Shown here piece by piece: positions 55,882 through 64,000 of a DNA stretch of 64,000 nucleotides. The stretch is from an uncultured Methylomirabilota bacterium. Its GTDB lineage: Bacteria; Methylomirabilota; Methylomirabilia; Methylomirabilales; 2-02-FULL-66-22. The notes below the pieces were generated by a model, which worked only from the letters and a program-made list of their open reading frames with translations, made no database searches and was not told where the DNA came from. The stretch is from positions 2,336,001 through 2,400,000 of the forward strand of contig CAWJSJ010000002.1 in NCBI GenBank assembly GCA_963845565.1, written 5' to 3'. The number at the start of each line of letters is the position of its first letter. Positions within the stretch are counted from its first letter, which is position 1. A program made the position numbers and the translations under genes.

Positions 55882-56193
55882 GGGGCACCCTGCATAGTGG
55901 ATCCCACTGCTGACCGACCGGCCGGGGAGGCGCGGTAACCTCGTCATGACGCGACCGCCTCCCCGGCCTAGCCTCACGCCCAGTCCCCGGTTTCGCGCCC
56001 CAGCCGGTCCAGTGCTCTCTAATCGCGTACGGAGCAGGATGCCCTGGTGAGGGGCCCTGCGCATCTTGCGACTCCCGCTTCTCAAGTGGCTCTGTCGGGC
56101 GCCCCTCGCCGCCGGCTCGTATCAACCGCACAACCATCCGGTGGGGGGACGGTGTTTCCGGATGTTTCGAGATCTTTCCCCACAGGTTTTCTC

Positions 56194-56223
56194 TTGACAC
56201 GTGATAACGATCACAATTCTAAT
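56194..56223 (+). promoter_or_regulatory. Putative promoter with an overlapping palindromic operator
   Basis: TTGACA followed by GTGAT-AACG-ATCAC palindrome (LacI-like) and TCTAAT. Confidence 0.45.
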
Positions 56224-56316
56224 CACTATCGTCCGGCGAGCGTCTTGGACCGCTGCGCGGCTAGGCCGGTTTCATTCACACACTGCACGGCATTCACTCG
56301 CAAAGGAGAACCACTC

Positions 56317-57666
56317 ATGATCTCACCGAAGCTCCTCAAGCGCCACGCGGCCGGCAACCCGATCAAGGTCGGCTGGGTGGGGGCCGGCCGCATGATCACC
56401 GGGGCGATCTGCCAGACGGCGCTCATGAAAGGGATGCGCAACGCCGTGATCTGTGACATCCGCCCGGAGGTCGCTATCCGGGCGTATGAGATCAACGGCG
56501 TGAAGAAGCAGGACATCGTGTTCTCGGAACAGCTGGGCCCGATCAACGACGCGCTGCGGGCCGGGAAGCCGGTGATCACCCAGGACAGCCACCTGATGCC
56601 CGCCCTGGAGGTGGACTGCGTGGTGGAGGGGACGGGCGTCCCCGAGGTGGGGGCGAGCGTGGCCTATCGCTGCATCCAGGGCGGGAAGCACATCATCATG
56701 CTGAACGTCGAGGCGGACGTGGTGATCGGCCCGATCCTGCACCAGATGGCGGAGCGGGCCGGCGTGGTCTATTCCGTGTCGAGCGGCGACGAGCCCGGCC
56801 TGATCACCGAGCTGGTGGACCGCTGGGGCGGCCTGGGGTTCGAGATCGTGGCGGTGGGCAAGACGCCGGCCAGCCTGGGGAAGCTGGATCTGTACTGCAC
56901 CCCCGACACGCTCGCCGCCGAGGCCAAGCAGCTCAACGTCAACCCCCACTTCTTGGTGACGTTCCGGGATGCGACCAAGACCGCCATCGAGATGTCCTGC
57001 ATCGCCAACGCCACCGGGCTCATCCCCGACGTGCGGGGAATGCACGGGCCGGTGGCCGGCATCTACGAGATGGCCAATGTCTTCCGACTCAAGGCCGAGG
57101 GCGGCCTCCTCAACAACCGGGGCGTGGTGGACTACGCGCGGCCCCTCAAGAACGCCGACGGCTCCATCGACTACCTGCGCAGCGTGACCCCCGGGGTGTT
57201 CGTCGTCGTCCGGGCCACCCACCCCCAGATCCAGCAGGACCTCGGGTATTTCGACGTCGTGCACACCGGCGAGTACTTCACGTTCCACACCCCCTACCAC
57301 CTGGTCACCAACGAGATCCCGCTGTCCATCGTCTGGGCCGTCGAGGATGGGGAGCCGACGGTGGTGCCGCGGCACGGGTTGCTGGCGGAGGTCCTGGGCG
57401 CCGCCAAGGCCGACCTGAAGGCGGGCACCATCCTGGATGGCGGCGGCGGCTTCACGCTCTACGGGGTGAACGACCTGGCCTGCGTGGCCAAGCGGGAGGG
57501 GTGCGTCCCCTTGGGCCTGCTCGACGGGGCCACGCTGCGCACCGCCGTCAAGAAAGATCAGGTCATCACCCACGACATGGTGCAGCTCCAGACGGAGACG
57601 ATGCTCTACCACCTGCGGCGGATCCAGGACGAGGTGCTGCCGCCGACGGACGTCAGCCGGAGCTGA
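56317..57666 (+). CDS. NAD(P)-dependent oxidoreductase, homoserine-dehydrogenase-like with C-terminal SAF domain
   Basis: AAGGAG SD; VGWVGAGRM Rossmann motif, NVEADVVIGP.L, GDEPG, TKTAIEM..IANATG; SAF-like AKADLKAG..LDG.GG. Confidence 0.85.
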   Translation: MISPKLLKRHAAGNPIKVGWVGAGRMITGAICQTALMKGMRNAVICDIRPEVAIRAYEINGVKKQDIVFSEQLGPINDALRAGKPVITQDSHLMPALEVDCVVEGTGVPEVGASVAYRCIQGGKHIIMLNVEADVVIGPILHQMAERAGVVYSVSSGDEPGLITELVDRWGGLGFEIVAVGKTPASLGKLDLYCTPDTLAAEAKQLNVNPHFLVTFRDATKTAIEMSCIANATGLIPDVRGMHGPVAGIYEMANVFRLKAEGGLLNNRGVVDYARPLKNADGSIDYLRSVTPGVFVVVRATHPQIQQDLGYFDVVHTGEYFTFHTPYHLVTNEIPLSIVWAVEDGEPTVVPRHGLLAEVLGAAKADLKAGTILDGGGGFTLYGVNDLACVAKREGCVPLGLLDGATLRTAVKKDQVITHDMVQLQTETMLYHLRRIQDEVLPPTDVSRS

Positions 57667-57759
57667 GGATCGGCGGCGCCCCGACCTTGACAACCGCAAT
57701 GTCGTCATCTACTCAATGAAAGGAGGAGCGAGCGGAATCGAGATTTGATGGGCCCCCGT

Positions 57760-57865
57760 TAAGCCGTTCTCAAAGAATAACTTGACCGGAGACATTTCGG
57801 GAACGGCATAAGGAGCCGTAACGAAATTACAACAAATGGACAAGTTATTTCGTAACGGCTCCTGA
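57760..57865 (+). repeat. Palindromic repeat family B, copy 5
   Basis: TAAGCCGTTCTCAAAGAATAACTTGACC...ATTTCGTAACGGCTCCTGA; same subtype as copy 3. Confidence 0.92.
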
Positions 57866-57937
57866 GATGCCATGCTCCCCGCGGGGTTTGGTGTTCCGGT
57901 TCCCGCAGAAGCAGGCCTCGAGACGGGTGGAGGTTCT

Positions 57938-58231
57938 ATGGAGGTCGAGTCGGCGGATTCCCAGGATGCGATCCGGACGCGCCTCCAGCGCCGGGTGGCG
58001 CTGATGGTGGAGCATGTCCAGGCGATCGAGGGGCTCCTCGATGGGCTGCAGACGGCGCTGCAGGATCCGGCCACCTCCTCGCTCGGTCAGGTCCATGTCA
58101 AGGCGCTTCAGGACGTGTCGGATATCCTGCGCGAATGTCAGCAACTCGCCTTCTCCAACGCCTCGGACATCATCCGGGACACGGAGGAAGACTCCCGACG
58201 ATCGGACGCCGGCTCTCCCGGCGGGGATTGA
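57938..58231 (+). CDS. Hypothetical helical protein
   Basis: GGAGGT SD before ATG 57938; amphipathic helical pattern. Confidence 0.55.
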   Translation: MEVESADSQDAIRTRLQRRVALMVEHVQAIEGLLDGLQTALQDPATSSLGQVHVKALQDVSDILRECQQLAFSNASDIIRDTEEDSRRSDAGSPGGD

Positions 58232-58410
58232 GGTCCCGGCGTGCGACTCGCGAAGCGTCGCCGCCGTGTTCCCGCGGTTTCCCGCCCTTTCTGTCTCCTT
58301 GCCAATCCCGGCGCATCTCACTAGAATACCATCGGTGCGAGCTATTGACGCGGCTTCCAGGGCTGATGGTTCGTTTCGTCTCCCGTTGCCACATCAGGGG
58401 TAGGTGACGC

Positions 58411-59121
58411 ATGGAGCAGGTGCTCAATGAGTTCGTGGGGGAGGTGCAGTATCTGTACGGGAGCGACCTCGTCGCCGTCTTCCTGTACGGAAGCGCGGTC
58501 ACCGGCGAGCACGTTCCGGGGCGCTCAGATATCAACGTGGCGGTCCTCCTCGCCGAGGTCACCGCGGCGGCGCTGCGCAAGGCATCCGGGAAGCTCCGCG
58601 GTTGGGCCCGCCAGGGATTCGCCACGCCCGTGTTCTTCGATGTGGAGTTCCTGCGCGACGCGCTGGACGTCTTTCCCATCGAGCTCCTCGACATGCAAGA
58701 GCGCCACCGGATGCTCTGCGGACCGGACGTTTTGGCCGGGCTGCAGATCGAGGTCGGAGCGCTGCGCCGCCAGTGCGAGCAGGAACTGCGCGGGACGCTG
58801 CTCAAGCTCCGGCAGGCGTACCTCGAATCCTCCCCATCCCCGAAGGACCTGCAGATCGTCCTCACCGCGGCGGCGAGCGGCTTGGTCGTGTTGGCCCGGA
58901 CGCTTCTGCACTTGGCGCGGGCGGATGAGAGCGGCGGCACCGAGGCGGTGTTCCGGCGAGTCGAAACCCAGTTCGGCGTCCGCGTGGCGCACCTCCGCAA
59001 GGCGTGGCAGCTCAAGCGCGGCGAGGCGCGCGTGACGGGATCGGAGATTGATCTGCTGTACCAAGGCGTGCTGGAGGAATTTCAGCACCTCGTGCGGGTG
59101 GCGAATGCGCTCCCGGCGTAG
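58411..59121 (+). CDS. Pol-beta-type nucleotidyltransferase-domain protein
   Basis: AVFLYGSAVTGE..PGRSDINV, DVFPIE.LDM; overlaps the TPM gene start. Confidence 0.8.
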   Translation: MEQVLNEFVGEVQYLYGSDLVAVFLYGSAVTGEHVPGRSDINVAVLLAEVTAAALRKASGKLRGWARQGFATPVFFDVEFLRDALDVFPIELLDMQERHRMLCGPDVLAGLQIEVGALRRQCEQELRGTLLKLRQAYLESSPSPKDLQIVLTAAASGLVVLARTLLHLARADESGGTEAVFRRVETQFGVRVAHLRKAWQLKRGEARVTGSEIDLLYQGVLEEFQHLVRVANALPA

Positions 59122-59956
59122 CCTCGCGCTCTGGGCGGCGTTCTTGGTCCTGGCGGCGCTGGTAGCGGGCGGGCACGCTACCGCGGCCGAGATCCCATCA
59201 CCCGAGGGTCCGGTCACCGATCGGGCCGGCGTGCTCGGTCAAGACGTCCGCCAACGACTGGTCCGGATCATCGAGCAGGTCCGGGGACGAACCGGGGCCG
59301 AGATCGCGGTCCTGGTGGTGCCCTCCACGGCACCGGATTCGATCGAGGACTACTCGATTGCGGTCTTCGACCGCTGGAAGATCGGCCAGCAGGGGAAGGA
59401 TAACGGGGTCTTGTTCCTGGTGGCGGTTCAGGACCGGCGGATGCGGATCACCACCGGTTACGGCCTCGAGGGTATCCTGCCCGACGGTAAGGTCGGGGAG
59501 ATCCGGGATCGGGCCGTCATTCCCCTGTTTCGGGCCGGCCGGTACGCCGACGGGATCGTGCAGGGAACCGAGGCGCTGGCGGCGGCGATTCTCGGTCAGG
59601 CGGGCGGAACGCCCGGATCGGGGGCGCAGGCCAAACCTCGGCAGCGCGCGGGCCAGGTCGGGTTTCGATGGACCGGCGTTCTGTTGGTGGTATTCGTCCT
59701 GCTGATTCTCGTCGCTGTCGCCGTCTCTGCGGCGGACCGACGTGCCGCCTCGGGCGGCCGCGGGGTCGGCAGGCGGCGAACCGGCTGGCTGCCATGGGGG
59801 ATCGGAGGCGGCGTGGGCGGCGGCTACGGGGCGTGGTCGGGTGGCCGGCACGGCGGCTGGTCCGGCACAGGATTCGGCGGAGGGTTCGGGGGCGGGGGAT
59901 TTGGCGGTTTCGGCGGGGGCGGATCGGGTGGCGGCGGAGCGGGCGGATCGTGGTAG
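59105..59956 (+). CDS. TPM domain (YgcG-like) membrane protein with Gly-rich tail
   Basis: Signal peptide, VTDRAGVL, WKIGQQGKDNGVL, GYGLEGILPD, TM helix, GFGGGGSGGGGAGGSW. Confidence 0.93.
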   Translation: MRSRRSLALWAAFLVLAALVAGGHATAAEIPSPEGPVTDRAGVLGQDVRQRLVRIIEQVRGRTGAEIAVLVVPSTAPDSIEDYSIAVFDRWKIGQQGKDNGVLFLVAVQDRRMRITTGYGLEGILPDGKVGEIRDRAVIPLFRAGRYADGIVQGTEALAAAILGQAGGTPGSGAQAKPRQRAGQVGFRWTGVLLVVFVLLILVAVAVSAADRRAASGGRGVGRRRTGWLPWGIGGGVGGGYGAWSGGRHGGWSGTGFGGGFGGGGFGGFGGGGSGGGGAGGSW

Positions 59957-59995
59957 GGTGCGGTATCGACTGAAACCGAAAAGGAGCGAGTGCGC

Positions 59996-60562
59996 ATGAA
60001 ACCAGTGTGGATTGTCTTGGGGGTTATCGCCCTGCTCGTCGTCGGGATCGGGGGTTTGACCGCCTCGAAATGGAACCAGCTGGTCGCCATGGATACCGAC
60101 ATCAAGGCCAAGTGGGCCCAGGTGGACAACCAACTCCAGCGACGGGCCGACCTCATTCCTAATCTCATCGAGACGGTGAAAGGCTTTGCGGGTCAGGAGC
60201 GCGCGGTGATCGACTCCGTGACCGCCGCCCGGGCGAAACTGGCCGGCGCGGGGAGCGTGCCCGACAAGATCGCGGCCTCCAACGACCTGTCCGGGGCCCT
60301 TTCCCGGCTGCTGCTGGTGGTGGAGAATTACCCAAACCTGAAGTCCGACGCCACGTTCGCCCGATTGATGGATGAACTTGCCGGGACCGAGAACCGCCTG
60401 TCGGTGGAGCGCAAACGGTACAACGACGCCGTCCAGGTCTACAATGTGGCGGTCAAGCAGTTCCCAGGAAACCTGATGGCCGGCCTGCTGGGGTTCCGGG
60501 AGCAGGCGTTCTTCGAGGTGCCGGCAGCGGCACGGCAGGTGCCGCAAGTGAAGTTTCCTTAG
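59996..60562 (+). CDS. lemA: LemA family protein
   Basis: WAQVDNQLQRRADLIPNL, ENYPNLKS, ELAGTENR, RYN. Confidence 0.96.
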   Translation: MKPVWIVLGVIALLVVGIGGLTASKWNQLVAMDTDIKAKWAQVDNQLQRRADLIPNLIETVKGFAGQERAVIDSVTAARAKLAGAGSVPDKIAASNDLSGALSRLLLVVENYPNLKSDATFARLMDELAGTENRLSVERKRYNDAVQVYNVAVKQFPGNLMAGLLGFREQAFFEVPAAARQVPQVKFP

Positions 60563-60709
60563 ACCGGACGTCCGAGAGTCGGGGATGGCTGCGGGGCTCG
60601 GCAACGGATCGCAGGGCCCGCAAGGGCTTTTTCCCTTGACACTTCTGGGCATTCGAGTATAAATATCCGTCGCTTTGTATACCAATTCCGTCTGTGCCGG
60701 ACTGAGCGA

Positions 60710-60784
60710 GGGCGCGTAGCTCAGGGGGAGAGCGCTTGCTTGACACGCAAGAGGTCGGTGGTTCGATACCACCCGTGCCCACCA
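60710..60784 (+). tRNA. tRNA-Val(GAC)
   Basis: GGGCGCG/CGTGCCC acceptor stem, TTGACAC loop, GTTCGATA, ACCA end. Confidence 0.96.
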
Positions 60785-60821
60785 CGTTACATCCTGTGAT
60801 GGAATAATAATGTGTGGCCTA

Positions 60822-60860
60822 AGCATCACGATGGAAGTGGTGTCGTGATGCTCTTTTCTT
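60822..60860 (+). terminator. Terminator-like hairpin between tRNA-Val and thrS
   Basis: AGCATCACGA/TCGTGATGCT stem followed by CTTTTCTT. Confidence 0.6.
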
Positions 60861-60888
60861 CTGTGATGACATACGTTTGTGATGACAC

Positions 60889-62886
60889 ATGTCTGACGCC
60901 GAACTGATTCTCGTCGACGGCCGTCGGGTCCGGGTTCCGGCCGGGCAGCCCCTGGCTGGTCCCTTGTCCGCACTGGGGCCGGACGCGGTGCGGGGCGCCG
61001 TGGCGGCTGCCTGCGACGGCCAGTTTCTGGATTTCATGACCCCGGTTCCGGCGGGCGCCGTACTCACCCTGGTGCCGGCGGATTCGCCCGAGGGTCTCCG
61101 GATCGTGCGGCACAGTACCGCCCACCTGATGGCATCGGCCGTCCAGGCCTTGTTTCCGGAGGCGAAGTTCGCCATCGGGCCGGCCATCGACGACGGGTTT
61201 TATTACGACATGGAACTCCCGCGGGCTCTCGCCCCCGAGGACCTGCAGGCCATCGAGGCCAAGATGCGGGACCTAGGCTCGACGGCGATCCCCTTCGAGC
61301 GCCGGGAGATGGACATGCCTGCGGCCCTCGCCTGGGCCCGCGATACGCAGCAACCCTACAAGGTTGAGATCCTGGAGGCGCTGCGGGACCACGGGACGAG
61401 TAGAGCCGAAAGCCGAGAGCCGAGAGCTGAAATCGACGAGCTGGCAAGCGAGGCGACGCCGGGAGCGGGGTCGGCGAGCTTCTATCGGACGGGGGCATTC
61501 ACCGATCTGTGTCGCGGTCCCCACGTGCCGGACACCTCGTGGCTGACGGCGTTTCGCCTCACGCACCTGGCCGGGGCCTATTGGCGCGGAGACGAGCGGC
61601 GCCCGATGCTGCAGCGTATCTACGGGACGGCGTTTCCGACGCAGCAGGCGCTCGAGGATCACCTCGCCCGGCTGGAAGAGGCGCGGCGCCGGGACCACCG
61701 CCGGCTGGGGCAGGATCTGGAGTTGTTCAGCATCGTCGACGAGGTGGGCGGCGGCTTGGTTCTCTGGCATCCCAAGGGCGGGATGGTTCGCAAGCTGATC
61801 GAGGACTTCTGGCGGGACGAACACCTCAAGAACGGGTACGACCTCGTCTACAGCCCCCACGTGGGGCGCGCCAAGCTGTGGCAGACCAGCGGGCACCTGG
61901 ACTTCTACCAGGAGATGATGTACCCCCGGATGGAGCGGGAAGGGAACGACTACTACCTCAAGCCCATGAACTGCCCGTTCCACATCATGATGTACCAATC
62001 GCGGGTGCGGAGCTATCGGGAACTCCCGCTCCGATTCGCTGAGCTGGGGACCGTCTATCGGTTCGAGCGGGCCGGCGTGCTCCACGGATTGATGCGGGTT
62101 CGGGGCTTCACGCAGGACGATGCGCACTTGTTCTGCACGCCGGAGCAGATGGACGAGGAGATCACCCGGACGGTGCAGTTCAGCCTGTTCTTCCTGCGGA
62201 CGTTCGGGTTCACCAACTACGAGCTCTACGTCGCGACCCGACCGGACAAGTACGTCGGGGATCTGGCGGCGTGGGATGCGGCGACGGAGGCCCTGACGCG
62301 GGCGGCGGAACGCGCCGGGCAGACGTACACCATCGACCCGGGCGGCGGCGCGTTCTACGGGCCGAAGATCGACATCAAGGTCAAGGACGCGCTGGGGCGT
62401 CCCTGGCAGTGCACCACCGTCCAGTTCGACTTCAACCTGCCCGAGCGGTTCGGCATCAGTTACGTGGGCGAGGACAATCGCCCACATCGGCCCTTCATGG
62501 TCCACCGGGCTCTCCTGGGGTCCTTGGAGCGGTTCCTGGGCGTCCTCATCGAGCACTACGGCGGCGCCTTCCCGGTGTGGCTCGCCCCGGTCCAGGTTCG
62601 GATTCTGCCCGTGGCGGATCGCCATCGCGTCTACGCGCAGAGCGTGTGCGACCGATTGCGTGCGGCGGGCCTGCGCGGTGAAGTGGACGTCCGGAGCGAG
62701 AAGATCGGCTTCAAGATCCGCGACGCGGAGGTCCAGAAGATTCCGTATATCCTCGTGGTGGGCGATAAAGAGACGACAGCGGGCACAGTGTCGGTCCGTC
62801 AGCGGGGCGGCCAGGATCGCGGCGTGATGCCCCTGGCGGACCTAGTCCAGTCCGTGTCTGCTGAGAACGCGCCGCAGATCGCCTGA
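60889..62886 (+). CDS. thrS: Threonine--tRNA ligase
   Basis: RHSTAHLMA, DLCRGPH, KPMNCP, RVRGFTQDDAH, HRALLGSLERF. Confidence 0.99.
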   Translation: MSDAELILVDGRRVRVPAGQPLAGPLSALGPDAVRGAVAAACDGQFLDFMTPVPAGAVLTLVPADSPEGLRIVRHSTAHLMASAVQALFPEAKFAIGPAIDDGFYYDMELPRALAPEDLQAIEAKMRDLGSTAIPFERREMDMPAALAWARDTQQPYKVEILEALRDHGTSRAESREPRAEIDELASEATPGAGSASFYRTGAFTDLCRGPHVPDTSWLTAFRLTHLAGAYWRGDERRPMLQRIYGTAFPTQQALEDHLARLEEARRRDHRRLGQDLELFSIVDEVGGGLVLWHPKGGMVRKLIEDFWRDEHLKNGYDLVYSPHVGRAKLWQTSGHLDFYQEMMYPRMEREGNDYYLKPMNCPFHIMMYQSRVRSYRELPLRFAELGTVYRFERAGVLHGLMRVRGFTQDDAHLFCTPEQMDEEITRTVQFSLFFLRTFGFTNYELYVATRPDKYVGDLAAWDAATEALTRAAERAGQTYTIDPGGGAFYGPKIDIKVKDALGRPWQCTTVQFDFNLPERFGISYVGEDNRPHRPFMVHRALLGSLERFLGVLIEHYGGAFPVWLAPVQVRILPVADRHRVYAQSVCDRLRAAGLRGEVDVRSEKIGFKIRDAEVQKIPYILVVGDKETTAGTVSVRQRGGQDRGVMPLADLVQSVSAENAPQIA

Positions 62887-62922
62887 ACCGGCGGTCGCCG
62901 ACCGCGGCGGGAGGTAGCCTCC

Positions 62923-63435
62923 ATAAGTAAGGGCCTGCGCGTCAACGATCGGATTCGCATCAAAGAAGTCCGCGTGATCGCTCCGGACGGGAGTCAGCTC
63001 GGCATCCTTCCGACCGAGCAGGCGCTGCAGACCGCGTACTCGCAGAACCTCGACCTGGTCGAGGTGGCCCCCGAGGCGCGGCCGCCGGTCTGCCGGATCA
63101 TGGACTACGGCAAGTTCCGGTACGAGCAGAGCAAGAAGGCGAGGGAGGCCAAGAAGAAGCAGACGGTGATCGAGCTGAAGGAGATCAAGCTCCGCCCCAA
63201 GACGGAGGAGCACGATTTCCAGTTCAAGGCCCGCCACGCCGAGCGGTTCCTGCAGGAGGGGAACAAGGCGAAAATCACCATGATGTTCCGGGGACGCGAG
63301 ATGGCCCGTATGGATCGGGGCCGGGTGATCCTGGACCGGTTCGTGGAGACACTGAAGGAAGTGTGCGTCGTGGAGCAGGCCCCCAAGGTCGAGGGCCGGA
63401 ACATGACGCTGATCCTGGCACCGAAGCAGAAGTGA
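62923..63435 (+). CDS. infC: Translation initiation factor IF-3 (non-canonical ATA start)
   Basis: GGAGGT SD then ATA-SKGLRVNDRIRIKEVRVI; PPVCRIMDYGKF, KEIKLRP, FRGRE. Confidence 0.95.
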   Translation: MSKGLRVNDRIRIKEVRVIAPDGSQLGILPTEQALQTAYSQNLDLVEVAPEARPPVCRIMDYGKFRYEQSKKAREAKKKQTVIELKEIKLRPKTEEHDFQFKARHAERFLQEGNKAKITMMFRGREMARMDRGRVILDRFVETLKEVCVVEQAPKVEGRNMTLILAPKQK

Positions 63436-63552
63436 CTCGGTGCGCTCGTCCATCGCCAACGTGACGCGCCGCGCGCGGGCGGGTGACGATCGGCCGGCGG
63501 ATATTTTCACGCGGCAGTTACGGGCCGCGTCATCGCAAGGAGAGGACCAGTC

Positions 63553-63750
63553 ATGCCCAAGATGAAGAGTAACCGAGGGGCGACCAAGCGGTTTCGCACC
63601 ACCGGCACCGGAAAGATTCGCCGTGCCCATGCCTGCAAGGGCCATCTGTTGACCGGGAAGTCGACCAAGCGGATGCGAGGCCTCCGGAAGGGGACGCTGG
63701 TGGACAAGGCGGATGTGAAGCGGATGCGGGTGCTCGCGCCCTATATTTGA
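63553..63750 (+). CDS. rpmI: 50S ribosomal protein L35
   Basis: [20 protein letters not shown]. Confidence 0.98.
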   Translation: MPKMKSNRGATKRFRTTGTGKIRRAHACKGHLLTGKSTKRMRGLRKGTLVDKADVKRMRVLAPYI

Positions 63751-63854
63751 TTTGATCAGTCGGCGACGGCGGCTGACGCACCGCTCGCGGGCGATGGGGC
63801 CTGATGAGTTATGCGTCATGCGCCGCGGGCTTTACGTGAGGAGGAGTCGTAGTC

Positions 63855-64000
63855 ATGCCACGCGCAAAAGGTGGATTCAAGACGCGCCATCGGCGCAATC
63901 GAGTGTTGAAGCAGGCCGAGGGATACTTCGGCAAGCGGAAGAACTGTTTCCGCAGCGCGCAGGAAGCGGTGGACCGGGCGCTGGCCTACAGCTACCGGGA
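63855..64000 (+). CDS. rplT: 50S ribosomal protein L20 (3' partial)
   Basis: GAGGAG SD; MPRAKGG...[10 protein letters not shown]...ALAYSYRD. Confidence 0.97.
   Translation, partial: MPRAKGGFKTRHRRNRVLKQAEGYFGKRKNCFRSAQEAVDRALAYSYR

Noticed and set aside
50299..57865. Repeat family B as a CRISPR array or canonical integron attC array
   Set aside because: Units are ~105 bp with 0.5-3.3 kb gene-containing spacers, there are no cas or intI genes in the window, and the ends lack RYYYAAC/GTTRRRY.

Overview
High-GC bacterial chromosome segment with almost all genes on the + strand. 1-17.5 kb: end of fusA, tuf and the S10-spc-alpha ribosomal protein superoperon. 17.8-32.5 kb: an EF-G paralogue, rimP-nusA-ylxR-infB-DUF503-rbfA-DHH-truB-ribF-rpsO-pnp and an M16 peptidase. 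32.7-40 kb: a nucleotidyltransferase/small-protein pair, a frameshift-ridden ABC transporter, an Ldh_2 oxidoreductase and a stand-alone, probably exported VgrG/gp5-type beta-helix. 40-48.8 kb: purB-purC-purS-purQ-purL-hom-thrC, punctuated by four copies of a ~125-160 bp MITE-like repeat (family A). 48.9-58.3 kb: an accessory region built around tRNA-Gly, -Cys and -Leu, carrying five same-orientation copies of a ~105 bp four-armed palindromic repeat (family B) that bound small cargo genes like cassettes. One cargo gene is a YtxJ/BrxC-like redoxin with an in-frame TGA at the catalytic Cys position (U-P-T-C) followed by a SECIS-like hairpin, a candidate selenoprotein. 58.4-64 kb: nucleotidyltransferase-TPM-lemA, tRNA-Val, thrS-infC(ATA start)-rpmI-rplT(partial). 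Several single-base frameshifts (ABC operon, purL, AAA ATPase) look like assembly errors. All product calls come from motif recognition by eye; no database searches were run.
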